Assembly: GCA_963674705.1 (NCBI GenBank)
Contig: OY771506.1
Location: 2,784,001 to 2,848,000 of the forward strand
Source of the DNA: Phycisphaeraceae bacterium
Lineage (GTDB): Bacteria > Planctomycetota > Phycisphaerae > Phycisphaerales > Phycisphaeraceae
Direction of reading: 5' to 3'
DNA: 64,000 bases
This document shows positions 30,710 through 41,128 of the stretch, one piece after another. The stretch's first letter is position 1. Each line of letters begins with the position of its first letter. The notes below the pieces were generated by a model. That model had not been told where the DNA came from. It did no database searches and was given only the letters and a program-made list of their open reading frames with translations. The position numbers and the translations under genes were made by a program.

Positions 30710-32068
30710 ATGCGTCATAACAAATTTCCGATTATCCCCGAACAGCCTGCGGCCCCTGAGCTGGTGACCTCGCTTCCCGGGCCGAAGGCCAAGGCGCTGG
30801 TGGACCGCGACCAGGTCGTGACCAGTCCGTCTTATACGCGCGATTATCCATTGGTAATGGAAAGCGGGATCGGGTCGGTCGTGATCGATCCGGACGGAAA
30901 CAAGTTTCTGGATATGGCGGCGGGCATCGCGGTGAACGCGGCGGGGCACAGCCATCCTTACGTGCTTGAAGCGATTGTCGAGCAAGCGAGCCGTTTCCTG
31001 CATATGTCCGGTACCGACTTCTTCTACCGTGCACAGATCGAATTAGCGGAACGCCTGGCCAAGCTCGCGCCGATGTCGGGTAAGAACCGTGTGTTCTTCA
31101 CGAACTCCGGCGCTGAGGCGCTTGAAGCGGCGTTCAAACTTTCGCGTTATCACACGAAGCGTCAGAACGTGATCGCGTTCTGGGGCGCGTTCCACGGCCG
31201 GACCTACGGCGCGATGTCGCTGACGGGTTCCAAGGCGATCCAGCAGAAACACTTCGGCCCGATGGTGCCCGGTGTGTTCCACGTGACGTATCCGAACCCG
31301 TACCGCCCGGCGGGCAACCTTTCGCCCGAGCACGTCGTTGACTTCACGTTCGACGAGATCGAGCGGATCTTCAAGCGTAAGGCCGACCCTGGCACGATCG
31401 CGGCGATCTTTGTTGAGCCGATCCAGGGCGAGGGCGGTTATATCGTTCCGCCTAACGACTTCTTCCCACGGTTGCGTGAGCTTTGTGATAAGCACGGCAT
31501 CCTGATGGTGTGCGATGAAGTGCAGGCAGGCTTCGGGCGAACGGGCAAGATGTGGGCTGTGGAGCACTACGGCGTTGAGCCTGACATCATCACGAGTGCG
31601 AAGGGTATCGCCAGCGGTCTGCCGCTTGGTGCGATGATCGCGAAGGAATCGGTGATGGACTGGCCTTACGGGGCGCATGCCTCGACGTTCGGCGGCAACC
31701 CGGTCGCGTGCGCCGCGTCGCTATCGACGATCGACCTGCTGGAAGCGGGGCTGATCGAGAACGCGGCGAAGGTCGGCGATCACCTGCAGGGCAAGCTGCG
31801 TGAACTTCAGAAGTCGTGCCCGGCGATGGGCGATGTGCGTGGTAAGGGCCTGATGGTGGTGGCGGAGTTCATCCAGACCGACGGCAGCAAGGCGGCGAAC
31901 CCGAAGCTGCGTAACGACATCGTGATGGCCTGCTTCGATCTTGGTTTGCTGGTACTCGGTTGCGGCGAAAGCGGCATCCGCTTCAGCCCGGCGCTGACGA
32001 TCAGCGAAGCGCAGATTGATAAGGCGGTTGAGCTGATGGGCCAGGCGATCAAGAAGGTCGGCGCCTGA
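30710..32068 (+). CDS. Class III PLP-dependent aminotransferase (acetylornithine/4-aminobutyrate aminotransferase family)
   Basis: LPGPKA, FTNSGAEA, FHGRT, VEPIQGEGG, DEVQAGFGRTG, AKGIASG, STFGGNP. Confidence 0.92.
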   Translation: MRHNKFPIIPEQPAAPELVTSLPGPKAKALVDRDQVVTSPSYTRDYPLVMESGIGSVVIDPDGNKFLDMAAGIAVNAAGHSHPYVLEAIVEQASRFLHMSGTDFFYRAQIELAERLAKLAPMSGKNRVFFTNSGAEALEAAFKLSRYHTKRQNVIAFWGAFHGRTYGAMSLTGSKAIQQKHFGPMVPGVFHVTYPNPYRPAGNLSPEHVVDFTFDEIERIFKRKADPGTIAAIFVEPIQGEGGYIVPPNDFFPRLRELCDKHGILMVCDEVQAGFGRTGKMWAVEHYGVEPDIITSAKGIASGLPLGAMIAKESVMDWPYGAHASTFGGNPVACAASLSTIDLLEAGLIENAAKVGDHLQGKLRELQKSCPAMGDVRGKGLMVVAEFIQTDGSKAANPKLRNDIVMACFDLGLLVLGCGESGIRFSPALTISEAQIDKAVELMGQAIKKVGA

Positions 32069-32098
32069 TCCACGTCCCTATAACGCAAGGATTCAACG

Positions 32099-32122
32099 AG
32101 CCCGTTTTTGACGGGCTTTTTT
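32099..32122 (+). terminator. Intrinsic terminator
   Basis: AGCCCGT-TTTTG-ACGGGCT followed by a T run. Confidence 0.85.
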
Positions 32123-32257
32123 ATTGGTCTATGCGCGGTTGTTATAGATTAAGTCGCACCATTAATGACACGATACTGCATATAGGGATTTTGAGGGCTG
32201 TGCGGTCTGTGCGGGTTATGCCGTTATGGGACTGTTCAGGGATGCGGCCGAGTCGGC

Positions 32258-33496
32258 ATGGTTGCCGGCGGCTGCATGACAGGGATGCCGAAGGTCGTGT
32301 TGAAAGCGAGTACATGTCGGCGCTTCGTGTTGTGTTGGAGTGCGGTGCTGTTGATATGCGCGGCACTGCCTGTCGATGCGGCATTGACGTTCAACTTCAA
32401 CGTCCCGGACGCGGGCAAAGCGCCGTCGGCTCAAGCGCTGGCGGGGTTCAACGAAGCGGCGGCGGCGTGGTCGGCGATCTTCACCGATAATGTGACATTG
32501 AATTACGACCTGTACTGGGAGCCGTTGTCCGCGGGGGTGCTTGGGTCGGCGAGTTCGGAGTTTGCCAGTTTCAGTTACTCGTCAGTGAGTTCGGCGCTGG
32601 TGGCTGATGCGACGAGTCCTGATGACTCCACCGCAACGAGCAACCTGCCCGGCGGCAGCTCGTTCGACATCTTCATCAACCGCACATCCAACAATCCCAA
32701 CGGCGCGAACAGCTCGACGGGTTATGTCGATTCATCCACCACCGACCTTGATGGTGACAGTCACAGCAACAACAACACCATCCGGATGACGCGCGCCAAC
32801 GCCAAGGCGCTGGGCTTGATCTCCGGCAGCGACGGGAGCCTGGACGCAACGATCCGGTTTTCCAGCACGTTCTCGTTTGACTTCTCACACGCATCCATCG
32901 ACGGCGACAAGATCGACTTCGTCGGTGTGGCGATGCACGAGATCGGTCACTCGCTTGGGTTTACCAGTGGCGTGGACATTCTGGACATGAACGGTTCGGG
33001 TTTCCTGGATGACCAGTTCGATTATGTGTCGACGATGGACTTGTTCCGCTATTCGCCGGGGAGTGTTGCGGCGGGCGGTGTCGGGACGATCGACTGGACC
33101 GCGGGTGCGAGTGAGAAGAGCTTTTCGCTGGATGGCGGATCAACACGCGTGACCGGTGTGACATTTTCAACCGGCAGCACACTCGGTGACGGGCAGCAGG
33201 CGAGTCACTTCAAGGATAATCTCGGCCTGGGCCTGATGGACCCGACGACGGGGTTTGGCGAGAAGATTGATCCGGGAAACAACGATGTGCGCGTATTGGA
33301 TGCTATTGGGTGGGACCCTGCGAGCCCGTTATCCGGCGCGGCGACGGAGACGCTTGCTTCTGAATCGGGTAGCGGCGGTGGCGGTGCGCCGGAACCGAGT
33401 GTCTTGCCATACCTGACGCTGCCGGCGGTGGCGCTGTATCTGACAGGCCGATCGTCGCGATCGCGGGTAGTGGAGGAGGGCGATCGTGCTGCGTGA
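32258..33496 (+). CDS. Secreted zinc metalloprotease (NF038122-like) with an atypical PEP-CTERM tail; true start probably 32276 or 32285
   Basis: TRANAKALG, VAMHEIGHSLG, MDLFRY, QASHFKD, LMDP, DAIGWD; C-terminal APEPSVLPYLTLPAVALYLTGR. Confidence 0.85.
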   Translation: MVAGGCMTGMPKVVLKASTCRRFVLCWSAVLLICAALPVDAALTFNFNVPDAGKAPSAQALAGFNEAAAAWSAIFTDNVTLNYDLYWEPLSAGVLGSASSEFASFSYSSVSSALVADATSPDDSTATSNLPGGSSFDIFINRTSNNPNGANSSTGYVDSSTTDLDGDSHSNNNTIRMTRANAKALGLISGSDGSLDATIRFSSTFSFDFSHASIDGDKIDFVGVAMHEIGHSLGFTSGVDILDMNGSGFLDDQFDYVSTMDLFRYSPGSVAAGGVGTIDWTAGASEKSFSLDGGSTRVTGVTFSTGSTLGDGQQASHFKDNLGLGLMDPTTGFGEKIDPGNNDVRVLDAIGWDPASPLSGAATETLASESGSGGGGAPEPSVLPYLTLPAVALYLTGRSSRSRVVEEGDRAA

Positions 33497-35216
33497 ATCA
33501 GCGACTAGCTGTGAAGTTGTGCAGGCGGACCGCGAAGATGTGGTGCGATGTTCTGTCATGCGCAGGTTAGCGGCGAACTGGCGATTGATCACGGTGCTGC
33601 TGCTGATCGTGGTGGCGTGGTGGCAGACGTTTGAATGGATGTGGCTGCGCTGGTATCCGGGGTGGTGGGTGTCGGGGCTGAGTTGGGTTGAGAAGTTCAG
33701 GGTGGGGGATTCATATTACGCGCATGGGCCGATGGTGGTGCTGGTGAGTCTTGCGTTTGCGGCGTTTGCGTACAAGCGTGTGGGATTGCCTGTGAAGCGG
33801 ACGAGGCTGACAGCATTTTTCGGCGGATTGTTTTTGATCGTGTCTTTACTCGTGCATTTGGTGAGTCTGCAAGCGGGGGTGATGTTCAGTTCCGGCTTTG
33901 CGCTCATCGGCGTGCTGCTCGGGATGTTGCTGCTGTGCGGCGGGTTGCCTTTACTCAAAGCGTATGGCGCGTCGGTTTGGCTGCTGGTATTCATGGTGCC
34001 GCTGCCGATGGTGTGGATCGCGGATGCGAACTATGCATTGAAGATACACGCGGCGGAAACGGCGGTGGCGTGGGTGAATCTGTTTGCAGATAGCCCCGCG
34101 ACGATGCACGGCAGCACGGTTGTCGTGCCCGCTCCGGACGGTGTATTTCATTCGCTTGTCATAGAGAACGTATGCAGCGGGTTGCGCAGCCTGATCGCAT
34201 TGACCTGGTTTGCTGCGATGATGGCGGTGGTATTGCGGGTGCGCAGCGGGTGGCGCTCGGCGGTGGTAGTGTTGGCACTACCGTTAGCGGTTGCATGCAA
34301 TATTGCACGGATCGGCCTGCTGCTGCTGATCACGCACCGGTGGGGCGCATCGGTGGTCGCGGAAGACACGACACTGCACCAGTTGATCGGCGTCGGGATG
34401 TTCGTGGTGGCGATCGCGGGGCTGCTTGGCTTTGAGAAGTTGGTTTTGCTTGTCGGGAATTTACTTAAACGCGACTGGTCGGACCCGGGCGTTATGGGGT
34501 TCTTGAATCGGATCGAACGCAGCGGCGTATGGCGCTCTCAGTTTGTCGGGATGGGAACGCTGAGTCTGTTGTTCGTTGTCGCGGCATTGAGCGTATGGTC
34601 CGGGTATCAATCGGCTGATACAGCGCCACGGCAAGTCACCTGGGTAGGTGTGCCGGATGCTATCGAACTGGAGCAGGGCGTTCTTCTTAGTCGGGATTTA
34701 CCAGTTGATGGCAAAATGCGGTTGCAGCTTGGCACGCCCGATGTGCTATCGCGTTGGTATTCAGCAGCGAGCGATCAGCATGTTGCGCTATTTGTGGTGC
34801 ATCATCAAAGCGATCGGCAGGCGATCCATCCGCCGGAGGTTTGCCTGGTAGGTGAAGGAGTGCAGGTGTTGTCGCAGAGTGGTTGTGATGTGGTGCTGGC
34901 GGACGAACAGGTGTTGCCGTTCAAGGAATTGATCACCGCGTCGGCCGGCCGCAAGGTGGTTCATCTTTATACGTACCGCATGGGCGGGACGTACTCGACG
35001 AACTTCACGACGCAGCAGGTGCGTGCGATATTGAATCGGCTGTGGGGTGATGATCGATCCGTGACGCTGATCCGTTTCAGCGTACCTGTAGTTGAAGATG
35101 ATGTTGAAGCGGCACGCGGGTTGGCGCTGGCTGCGGCGGGCAGGCTTATGCCGCACGTCGAAGCGGAACTGACTCATCCGACGATGCAAACGGTTCGATA
35201 TACGCTGGCTCGTTAG
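33486..35216 (+). CDS. Exosortase fused to an EpsI-like domain
   Basis: YYAHG, FMVPLP; catalytic triad contexts VCSGLRS / NIARI / LHQLIG; C-terminal domain with HPPEVCL. Confidence 0.88.
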   Translation: MLRESATSCEVVQADREDVVRCSVMRRLAANWRLITVLLLIVVAWWQTFEWMWLRWYPGWWVSGLSWVEKFRVGDSYYAHGPMVVLVSLAFAAFAYKRVGLPVKRTRLTAFFGGLFLIVSLLVHLVSLQAGVMFSSGFALIGVLLGMLLLCGGLPLLKAYGASVWLLVFMVPLPMVWIADANYALKIHAAETAVAWVNLFADSPATMHGSTVVVPAPDGVFHSLVIENVCSGLRSLIALTWFAAMMAVVLRVRSGWRSAVVVLALPLAVACNIARIGLLLLITHRWGASVVAEDTTLHQLIGVGMFVVAIAGLLGFEKLVLLVGNLLKRDWSDPGVMGFLNRIERSGVWRSQFVGMGTLSLLFVVAALSVWSGYQSADTAPRQVTWVGVPDAIELEQGVLLSRDLPVDGKMRLQLGTPDVLSRWYSAASDQHVALFVVHHQSDRQAIHPPEVCLVGEGVQVLSQSGCDVVLADEQVLPFKELITASAGRKVVHLYTYRMGGTYSTNFTTQQVRAILNRLWGDDRSVTLIRFSVPVVEDDVEAARGLALAAAGRLMPHVEAELTHPTMQTVRYTLAR

Positions 35217-35904
35217 CATCTACCTCATCAGCGAATTTAATCGTCATATCTTCTTCAATGGTTACTTGTGAAGTTGCTTGTTCGCTTTCTATCTTGAGCA
35301 CCGTATCCGCTATCAGACGCAAGCGATACATCTTGCCCGCCATGACACCGAGGATGGAGATGTAGAGCCAGGCGAGCGCGAGCCCGGTCATCAGGCCGGT
35401 GAACGTCAGCGAACGCAGCGGCAGCCAGAAGTACAGGCAGATTACTAATAGCAGCATGCCCGGTGAAAGTACGATCCCCAGCCAGGGCTTGAGCGTGATG
35501 TATGGCTGAATCAGAAAGCCCATCACCCAACTGCCCACAAACAGGCATGCGGGTAACAGGGTGATGAAACCCAACATCGCGGCGAGCAAGGGGTTCCAGG
35601 ATTCAGAGATCGGCAGGTAAGCGAGTTTGACCACGCCGACGTACAACACGAGGCTGATCATGAAGCCGGTAAACGCACAGGTCAGCAGTGTCGCATAACG
35701 TTTGAAACGCGGCAGCAACCGTGGCGACGGCGTCACGCCCACACTCGAACGCATCGATTGGTGGAACGGCCTTCGGCATGACGGGCATCGGTTAGCCTTG
35801 ATTTCGTTGAGGATGTAGCCACACTCCAGGCAGAAGTGGGTGTAGTCTTCTTGGATCGGCCTGGTTTTCACTTTTCGGACCTTGTGCTTACCGCAGCGAT
35901 ACAT
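35146..35904 (-). CDS. Membrane protein with N-terminal zinc ribbon
   Basis: CLECGYIL...CPSC followed by four TM helices; 3' end overlaps the exosortase 3' end by 71 bp. Confidence 0.7.
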   Translation of the reverse strand: MYRCGKHKVRKVKTRPIQEDYTHFCLECGYILNEIKANRCPSCRRPFHQSMRSSVGVTPSPRLLPRFKRYATLLTCAFTGFMISLVLYVGVVKLAYLPISESWNPLLAAMLGFITLLPACLFVGSWVMGFLIQPYITLKPWLGIVLSPGMLLLVICLYFWLPLRSLTFTGLMTGLALAWLYISILGVMAGKMYRLRLIADTVLKIESEQATSQVTIEEDMTIKFADEVDANEPAYIEPFASSDESVPLRRAA

Positions 35905-36312
35905 TCGTAACCAATATCACAAGACGCTTAATCGCTACAGGTGCATCGCACGAATCGGTCTGGGACTTTATATCCAATGTCTGGATATCAAAAAACAGGC
36001 TTTGGCATGAAGCGGGGCTGTACGGTTCGGGTTAGCATGCAGACCGGAAGAGCCTTAATAGAAGGCCGCCGCCATCTATGAATGTTGCACCATAACCGCT
36101 GAATATCTTTTAAACAGAAGTCAGGCATTTTCTGTCATATGGCTTGATGAGGGTTGACGATGCCGGCGCCCATGGGACAATGGGCGTGTCTACTTGGGCG
36201 GGCGTTTTGAACATGTATTCATATTGTTGATTGCGCCTTTTCTTGTTGTTGCATTGCTGTTTTACAGGCATGTTATTTCGGTAACTGCCTCCACACCTCG
36301 TGTTGGAGGGGC

Positions 36313-38805
36313 ATGATGCGGATACATCGACGGGTAGCGCTGGGGTTGGCAATGTGTTTGGTTTGCGCCTCGCAGACGCATGCCATCAACATCGTTCCGG
36401 TGTTCAACAGTACGGACAACCAGACGCCTGCATTTGATTTGTTTAATGGGGGCATCCAGGACCTGTTCGCTTATGCTGAAGATTACTACGAAGACATCTT
36501 CGAGGATGCGGGCCACACCCTGACGATTAACTTCTGGTATGAAGATCTCGGCGGCGGATATCTAGGCGTATTCAATCCCGTGACCGAGACAAACGGGCGG
36601 ATCACGGAATGCAATATCCGTATCGATACGCAACTCGATACCGGTGGAAACTTCCGCAACTGGTACATCGATCCGTTCCCGGAAACGGATACCGAGTTCG
36701 AGATGGAAAAGACCGTGTGGGGCACGTTCGGCCCTGTGGGGGTCGGATGGAACTCGACGGGAGATGTGCCGGCCGGTCTTGAGATCGGCTACCGGGGCTC
36801 GGCTGTGGACGGCGGGGTGGCGGACCTCAAGTACGACATGCTTTCGACGATCCTGCATGAGTTCGGCCACGCGCTGGGCATTCGCGGCGGTGCGACCGAG
36901 AACGATGACGGTGACTATGACCTGAACCCCGGCATGATCTTCGGGGCCGATGTGTCGGCGGACATCGACACCAAAGACTTCGATCCCGACCCCGGGCACA
37001 TGCGCCCGGATGATCTATTGATGTGCGGCGAATGCGGCGCTTCGAGTGTCCGGCGGCGTCCGAGCCATGCCGACCTGATCGCGATGGCGACAAGCAACAA
37101 CTACTCACAGGTGGACCTGCCACGCAGGGAATTTCTCGGCGGCGGTGTTTTCAATTACGCGCCCAACTGGTCAGGCGCCCGCACGCCTGATGCGAATGAC
37201 GAGGCTTTCGTGCGCGGTGCCGGGATCGTAACGATGAATGCGGACGATACCGTTGCGGGATTGGCGATCATCGATGACACGACGCTTGCGGTCGGTTCAT
37301 ACACGCTCAACGTGAACGGCGAATTCTCTGTGGGTAGCCGGTTCAGCAATGCGCCTGCGACGATTGTGGTCGCTACCAATGGCTTGCTCCTGGCTAACGA
37401 TGTTGTCCTGCACCGTAACGGCGTTCTCGATTTGGCGGGCGGCCTCGTATCCATCTTGGGTGATCTGACCACAACCGAACTGGTGTACGGAGCGGATGAC
37501 GAGGGCACGATCACGGGCAACGGCAGCGTCAACGTGATCGGACAGGTGAAAGGTGTCGCGGAGTATCGGCCGGAGGGCGGCGTGCTTACCATCACCGCCG
37601 GCTCGTTCGACCTGGACGGCAGCTCCGATCAGTTCGGCTATACCCTGATCAACGCGACGCTCGGCAACATCATCTTCAACGGCCCGCATGTCGATACTTT
37701 CAAAGATGTTGTCGACATCGGCTTCGGCAGACTCGTCACCTTCAATAACCCGTGGACACTCGACGCCGACGGGGATGTCAATATCACCGATGGTGGATTG
37801 ATTAACAACGCGACGTGGCAAGCAGACGGCAACGTTGTGATCGATCATACCGTGCCGTTCGGCGTCGTCGGTATCGGCGGGACAGGCGCGATGGTTCAGG
37901 GATCGGCCGGCCACATCACCACGAGCGGCATCGTCGACTTCCTGGGTCAATCAACTATCGGCGGCGCTGTGAATGTAACGAGCGAAGCGGTTCGTTTCAG
38001 TGCCGGTGGGACGTTTGCGGATACGGCGGATGTCGTGCTCGATGCGGGCACGGCCATGTACCTGATATCAGCGAATACCTACACCATTCAATCCGGCGCG
38101 ACATTCAGCGGATCGGGCACGCTGGTGATCGGTGAGCAGGCATCGCTGGTTTTGCAGGACAATGCTGAGGCTAACGTGCTTTTGCAGAATGACGGGCATC
38201 TAGAGATCGGTAACTCGCCGGGCGCTGCATCACTGTCTGCAGGATTTACGCAGACACTGAGCGGCCATGCCGCATTTGAGATCGGTGGATTGACTGCCGG
38301 CAGCGACTTTGATCTGCTGGATGTCACGGGAGCCACGGCCAACCTTGACGGCTCACTCGAGCTTTCGCTGATCAACGGCTTTATGCCAGGTCCCGGCGAG
38401 TCGTTTCAGATCATCACAGCGGACAGTGTGATCGGTTCTTTCGCTGATGTCACAGGCACTGACATCGGCGGGGGGCTGATGTTCGAAGTGGTTTACAACG
38501 CAACGAACGTCACGCTTTACGTCGTCGGCCAACCGATCCCGGGTGATTTGAACGGCGATGGTTTTGTCGGGCTAAGCGATCTGGATATCGTGCTGGCGAA
38601 CTGGAACCAGACAGTGCCGCCCGGCAACCCGCTTGCCGATCCGTCGGGGGATCATTACGTGGGGCTGGATGATCTGGACATCGTACTCGGGCACTGGAAC
38701 ATGGGCGTTCCGCCTAGTGCGCAGGTGAATGTGATACCGGAACCGGCGAGCGCGTTGTTTATGTTGTCGGGATTATTGATGGTGGGGTATGGACGGAGGG
38801 GTTAG
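36313..38805 (+). CDS. PEP-CTERM surface protein: zinc metallopeptidase domain + beta-helix-like repeats + dockerin-like module
   Basis: Signal peptide; ILHEFGHALG; G/T/N-rich repeats; GDLNGDGFVGLSDLD...DPSGDHYVGLDDLD; IPEPASALFMLSGLLMVGYGRRG. Confidence 0.88.
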   Translation: MMRIHRRVALGLAMCLVCASQTHAINIVPVFNSTDNQTPAFDLFNGGIQDLFAYAEDYYEDIFEDAGHTLTINFWYEDLGGGYLGVFNPVTETNGRITECNIRIDTQLDTGGNFRNWYIDPFPETDTEFEMEKTVWGTFGPVGVGWNSTGDVPAGLEIGYRGSAVDGGVADLKYDMLSTILHEFGHALGIRGGATENDDGDYDLNPGMIFGADVSADIDTKDFDPDPGHMRPDDLLMCGECGASSVRRRPSHADLIAMATSNNYSQVDLPRREFLGGGVFNYAPNWSGARTPDANDEAFVRGAGIVTMNADDTVAGLAIIDDTTLAVGSYTLNVNGEFSVGSRFSNAPATIVVATNGLLLANDVVLHRNGVLDLAGGLVSILGDLTTTELVYGADDEGTITGNGSVNVIGQVKGVAEYRPEGGVLTITAGSFDLDGSSDQFGYTLINATLGNIIFNGPHVDTFKDVVDIGFGRLVTFNNPWTLDADGDVNITDGGLINNATWQADGNVVIDHTVPFGVVGIGGTGAMVQGSAGHITTSGIVDFLGQSTIGGAVNVTSEAVRFSAGGTFADTADVVLDAGTAMYLISANTYTIQSGATFSGSGTLVIGEQASLVLQDNAEANVLLQNDGHLEIGNSPGAASLSAGFTQTLSGHAAFEIGGLTAGSDFDLLDVTGATANLDGSLELSLINGFMPGPGESFQIITADSVIGSFADVTGTDIGGGLMFEVVYNATNVTLYVVGQPIPGDLNGDGFVGLSDLDIVLANWNQTVPPGNPLADPSGDHYVGLDDLDIVLGHWNMGVPPSAQVNVIPEPASALFMLSGLLMVGYGRRG

Positions 38806-38823
38806 CGCGAACACAATCCTACT

Positions 38824-38910
38824 GTAGCGGGTGCCACGTTTTGACCGCGCAGCGGCAAAGCGTGTTGGTCAGCGCACACTTTGCTCCTTCGGAGTCAAAG
38901 TGTGGCACCC
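38824..38910. repeat. Inverted pair of REP-like elements (REPIN/BIME-like)
   Basis: GTAG-CGGGTGCCACGTTTTG..CAAAGCGTG and the inverted CACACTTTG..CAAAGTGTGGCACCC, between convergent genes. Confidence 0.8.
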
Positions 38911-38938
38911 ATCTCGCCATGCCTGGATTGTGTTCGCG

Positions 38939-39760
38939 TTAGTTTTCGTTCGAGTCCGGCGGGACGGGCATGCTTCGACCGGCGGCCCAGAGGATGCCGC
39001 GGTGGACGTGCGAGATGAACGCCGGCTCGCTGAACGATTCTTTAGTGTGCCCGATCGCGGTGTAGAACGACCGGCCGCCATCGAATTCGTGGCACCAGAT
39101 CAATGGATGGTTCTCGCCCATCTCACCGCCTTCGTAAGTTGATTCATCAACGGTCGCGAGCATGGTCAGCCCGGTCTGCACATCTTTGAAGTTGTACCAC
39201 TCATCGGTGCGCACCCAGGGATTGGGCACATCGTGCATGCATATATGCTGCGGCGAGGTGATGTTGATAGTCGCTTCCTGGATCGCGGGGTGCTTGGTGA
39301 AGACCGCACCGACGAGTTTGCCGTACCACGGCCAGTCGTATTCGGTCGCGGACGCGCCGTGGATGCCGACGTAACCGCCGCCGTTACGGATGTACTTTTC
39401 GAACGCGAGTTGTTGTGTGTCGTCGAGCACGTCGCCGGAGGTGCTGAGGAAAACGACAACATCGAACTGCGCGAGTTTTTCATCGTTGAACTCGGTAGGC
39501 AACTCGGTGTGCTCGACGGTGTAGCCGTAGAGCGCCGCGAGGTCGTTGATCATCTTCACGCCGTCCTCGATGGACTTGTGGCGGTAGCCGGCGGTGCGTG
39601 AATAGATGAGAATATTCAGCGGCGTCGCGATCGGCGGATCGACGACATCGCCATCGGCCGGGCCGGCCGGATCATCTTCACCGACGACCGGGGCGGTGAA
39701 GAGAAAAGCGAAAACGAAAAGAGCCAGCACGGACACGATCGTGAGGTGTGGAGATTTCAT
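38939..39760 (-). CDS. Secreted ThuA-like domain protein
   Basis: ILIYSRTAGYRHKSI, VVFLSTSG, GGGYVGIHGA, TDEWYNF, GGRSFYTAIGH. Confidence 0.88.
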   Translation of the reverse strand: MKSPHLTIVSVLALFVFAFLFTAPVVGEDDPAGPADGDVVDPPIATPLNILIYSRTAGYRHKSIEDGVKMINDLAALYGYTVEHTELPTEFNDEKLAQFDVVVFLSTSGDVLDDTQQLAFEKYIRNGGGYVGIHGASATEYDWPWYGKLVGAVFTKHPAIQEATINITSPQHICMHDVPNPWVRTDEWYNFKDVQTGLTMLATVDESTYEGGEMGENHPLIWCHEFDGGRSFYTAIGHTKESFSEPAFISHVHRGILWAAGRSMPVPPDSNEN

Positions 39761-39816
39761 GGGGGTATTATAGCCGTGCAAGTCAGAGGGGAGTTAGCCA
39801 CAGATGAACACGGATG

Positions 39817-39924
39817 AACACGGATGAAGAGATAAGAAGGTTTTGATGTATAGCCGCGACCATTGGTCGCGCCGTGGGGTATATACAGAAAGCGAAGAGC
39901 GCGACCAATGGTCGCGGCTATACA
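39817..39924. repeat. Nonamer repeats (CACGGATGA-type) plus an inverted REP pair
   Basis: CACAGATGAACACGGATGAACACGGATGAA; GTATAGCCGCGACCATTGGTCGCG and CGCGACCAATGGTCGCGGCTATAC. Confidence 0.75.
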
Positions 39925-39956
39925 CGGAGCATGAAAGTAAGTTCACATCTGTTCGA

Positions 39957-40496
39957 TCAAGCTGTTTTTGTCACAGCTTGTTCATGCCCGCATTCCGGGC
40001 AGATACCGGAGGGGGTGGCTCGCAGGTCGTAGCCGCATTTACGACAGATATGTTGTGTGAAGTACCGGCGTTTGATGTGGCGTGCGGATGCGATTGCGGG
40101 CCAGAGGCCGAAGAGGAGGGTGGGGAGCCAGAGGGGGAATCGGAGGTAAAAGTTCGTCCCATATCGATAGACGCTTGAACCCCAGTTACCAATGCTCAGT
40201 ACGAATTGTGATTCGCCTTTCATTGGCGGGCCTATATAGTTCTCGGGCCATGTAACCAACATCAGCTTGTCATTTTTCTGAATAACAAAATCAGTACTCC
40301 AGTTTTGAGGAGCGTATTGTGGATGGATTCGATCGACCATTATGAGGCTACAACGTCCCCAAGACACACATACTTCCATGGGTGAATTTGAGCCAGCACA
40401 CGGACCGCTTGAATAAATGCAAACGTAATAGGATACAAGCCATAAGATGAGCAAGGCGATGGCAATGAAGGTGAAGCTGTATCTAATCCATCTCAT
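39957..40496 (-). CDS. Two-TM membrane protein with C-terminal zinc ribbon (tandem paralogue 1)
   Basis: Start set at MRWIRYSF by homology with the neighbour; FPLWLPTLLF; CRKCGYDLRATPSGICPECG. Confidence 0.8.
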   Translation of the reverse strand: MRWIRYSFTFIAIALLILWLVSYYVCIYSSGPCAGSNSPMEVCVSWGRCSLIMVDRIHPQYAPQNWSTDFVIQKNDKLMLVTWPENYIGPPMKGESQFVLSIGNWGSSVYRYGTNFYLRFPLWLPTLLFGLWPAIASARHIKRRYFTQHICRKCGYDLRATPSGICPECGHEQAVTKTA

Positions 40497-40576
40497 ATCC
40501 GGCCTCGGAAGTACAGCATAACAACCCCGGGCAAGCCCGGGGGGAGAGGGGGTCAGCGTATGTTGCATCTGTTCAA

Positions 40577-41128
40577 TCAAGCTGTTTTGGTTACCGTTTG
40601 TTCGTGCCCGCATTCCGGGCAGATGCCGGAGGGGGTGGCGCGCAGGTCGTAGCCGCATTGACGGCAGATGTGTTGTGTGAAGTATCGGCGTTTGATGTGG
40701 CGGAAAAGTGCGATCGCGGGCCAGAGGGCGAAGAGGAGGGTGGGGAGCCAGAGGGGGAAGCCTATTTCAGTGACTCTGTAGTGACTGCTTGGGGTTGAAA
40801 CCGGTGAGTGCCAAAATTTAAACGGAGGAATGGTGGCTGGATTCTTCGCATCAAACCCGGAGCCTGTGAGCATAACGGGACCAAAGATGTAGTACCACTC
40901 ATGAGGTGGCTCATAAGGTGATTCAAAACGAAATACACAATTTTGATTTGTATATTGAATCCCATAATGAACAGTCACATTGACGTTTCCATAAAACACA
41001 TAGCAATTCACATCCGTTTTTAGTTTTGAACTCACCGCTCTTATGTGGATCATTGAATAGTATGAAGCAATCCAAGCCAGTATCAGGATTGCCACAATCA
41101 ACACGAAGCTATTTCTGATCCATCTCAT
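40577..41128 (-). CDS. Two-TM membrane protein with C-terminal zinc ribbon (tandem paralogue 2)
   Basis: MRWIRNSF; FPLWLPTLLF; CRQCGYDLRATPSGICPECG. Confidence 0.8.
   Translation of the reverse strand: MRWIRNSFVLIVAILILAWIASYYSMIHIRAVSSKLKTDVNCYVFYGNVNVTVHYGIQYTNQNCVFRFESPYEPPHEWYYIFGPVMLTGSGFDAKNPATIPPFKFWHSPVSTPSSHYRVTEIGFPLWLPTLLFALWPAIALFRHIKRRYFTQHICRQCGYDLRATPSGICPECGHEQTVTKTA

Noticed and set aside
39957..41128. Diversity-generating retroelement (template/variable repeat pair)
   Set aside because: No reverse transcriptase in the window; differences in the shared parts are not confined to adenines; the variable part is unalignable
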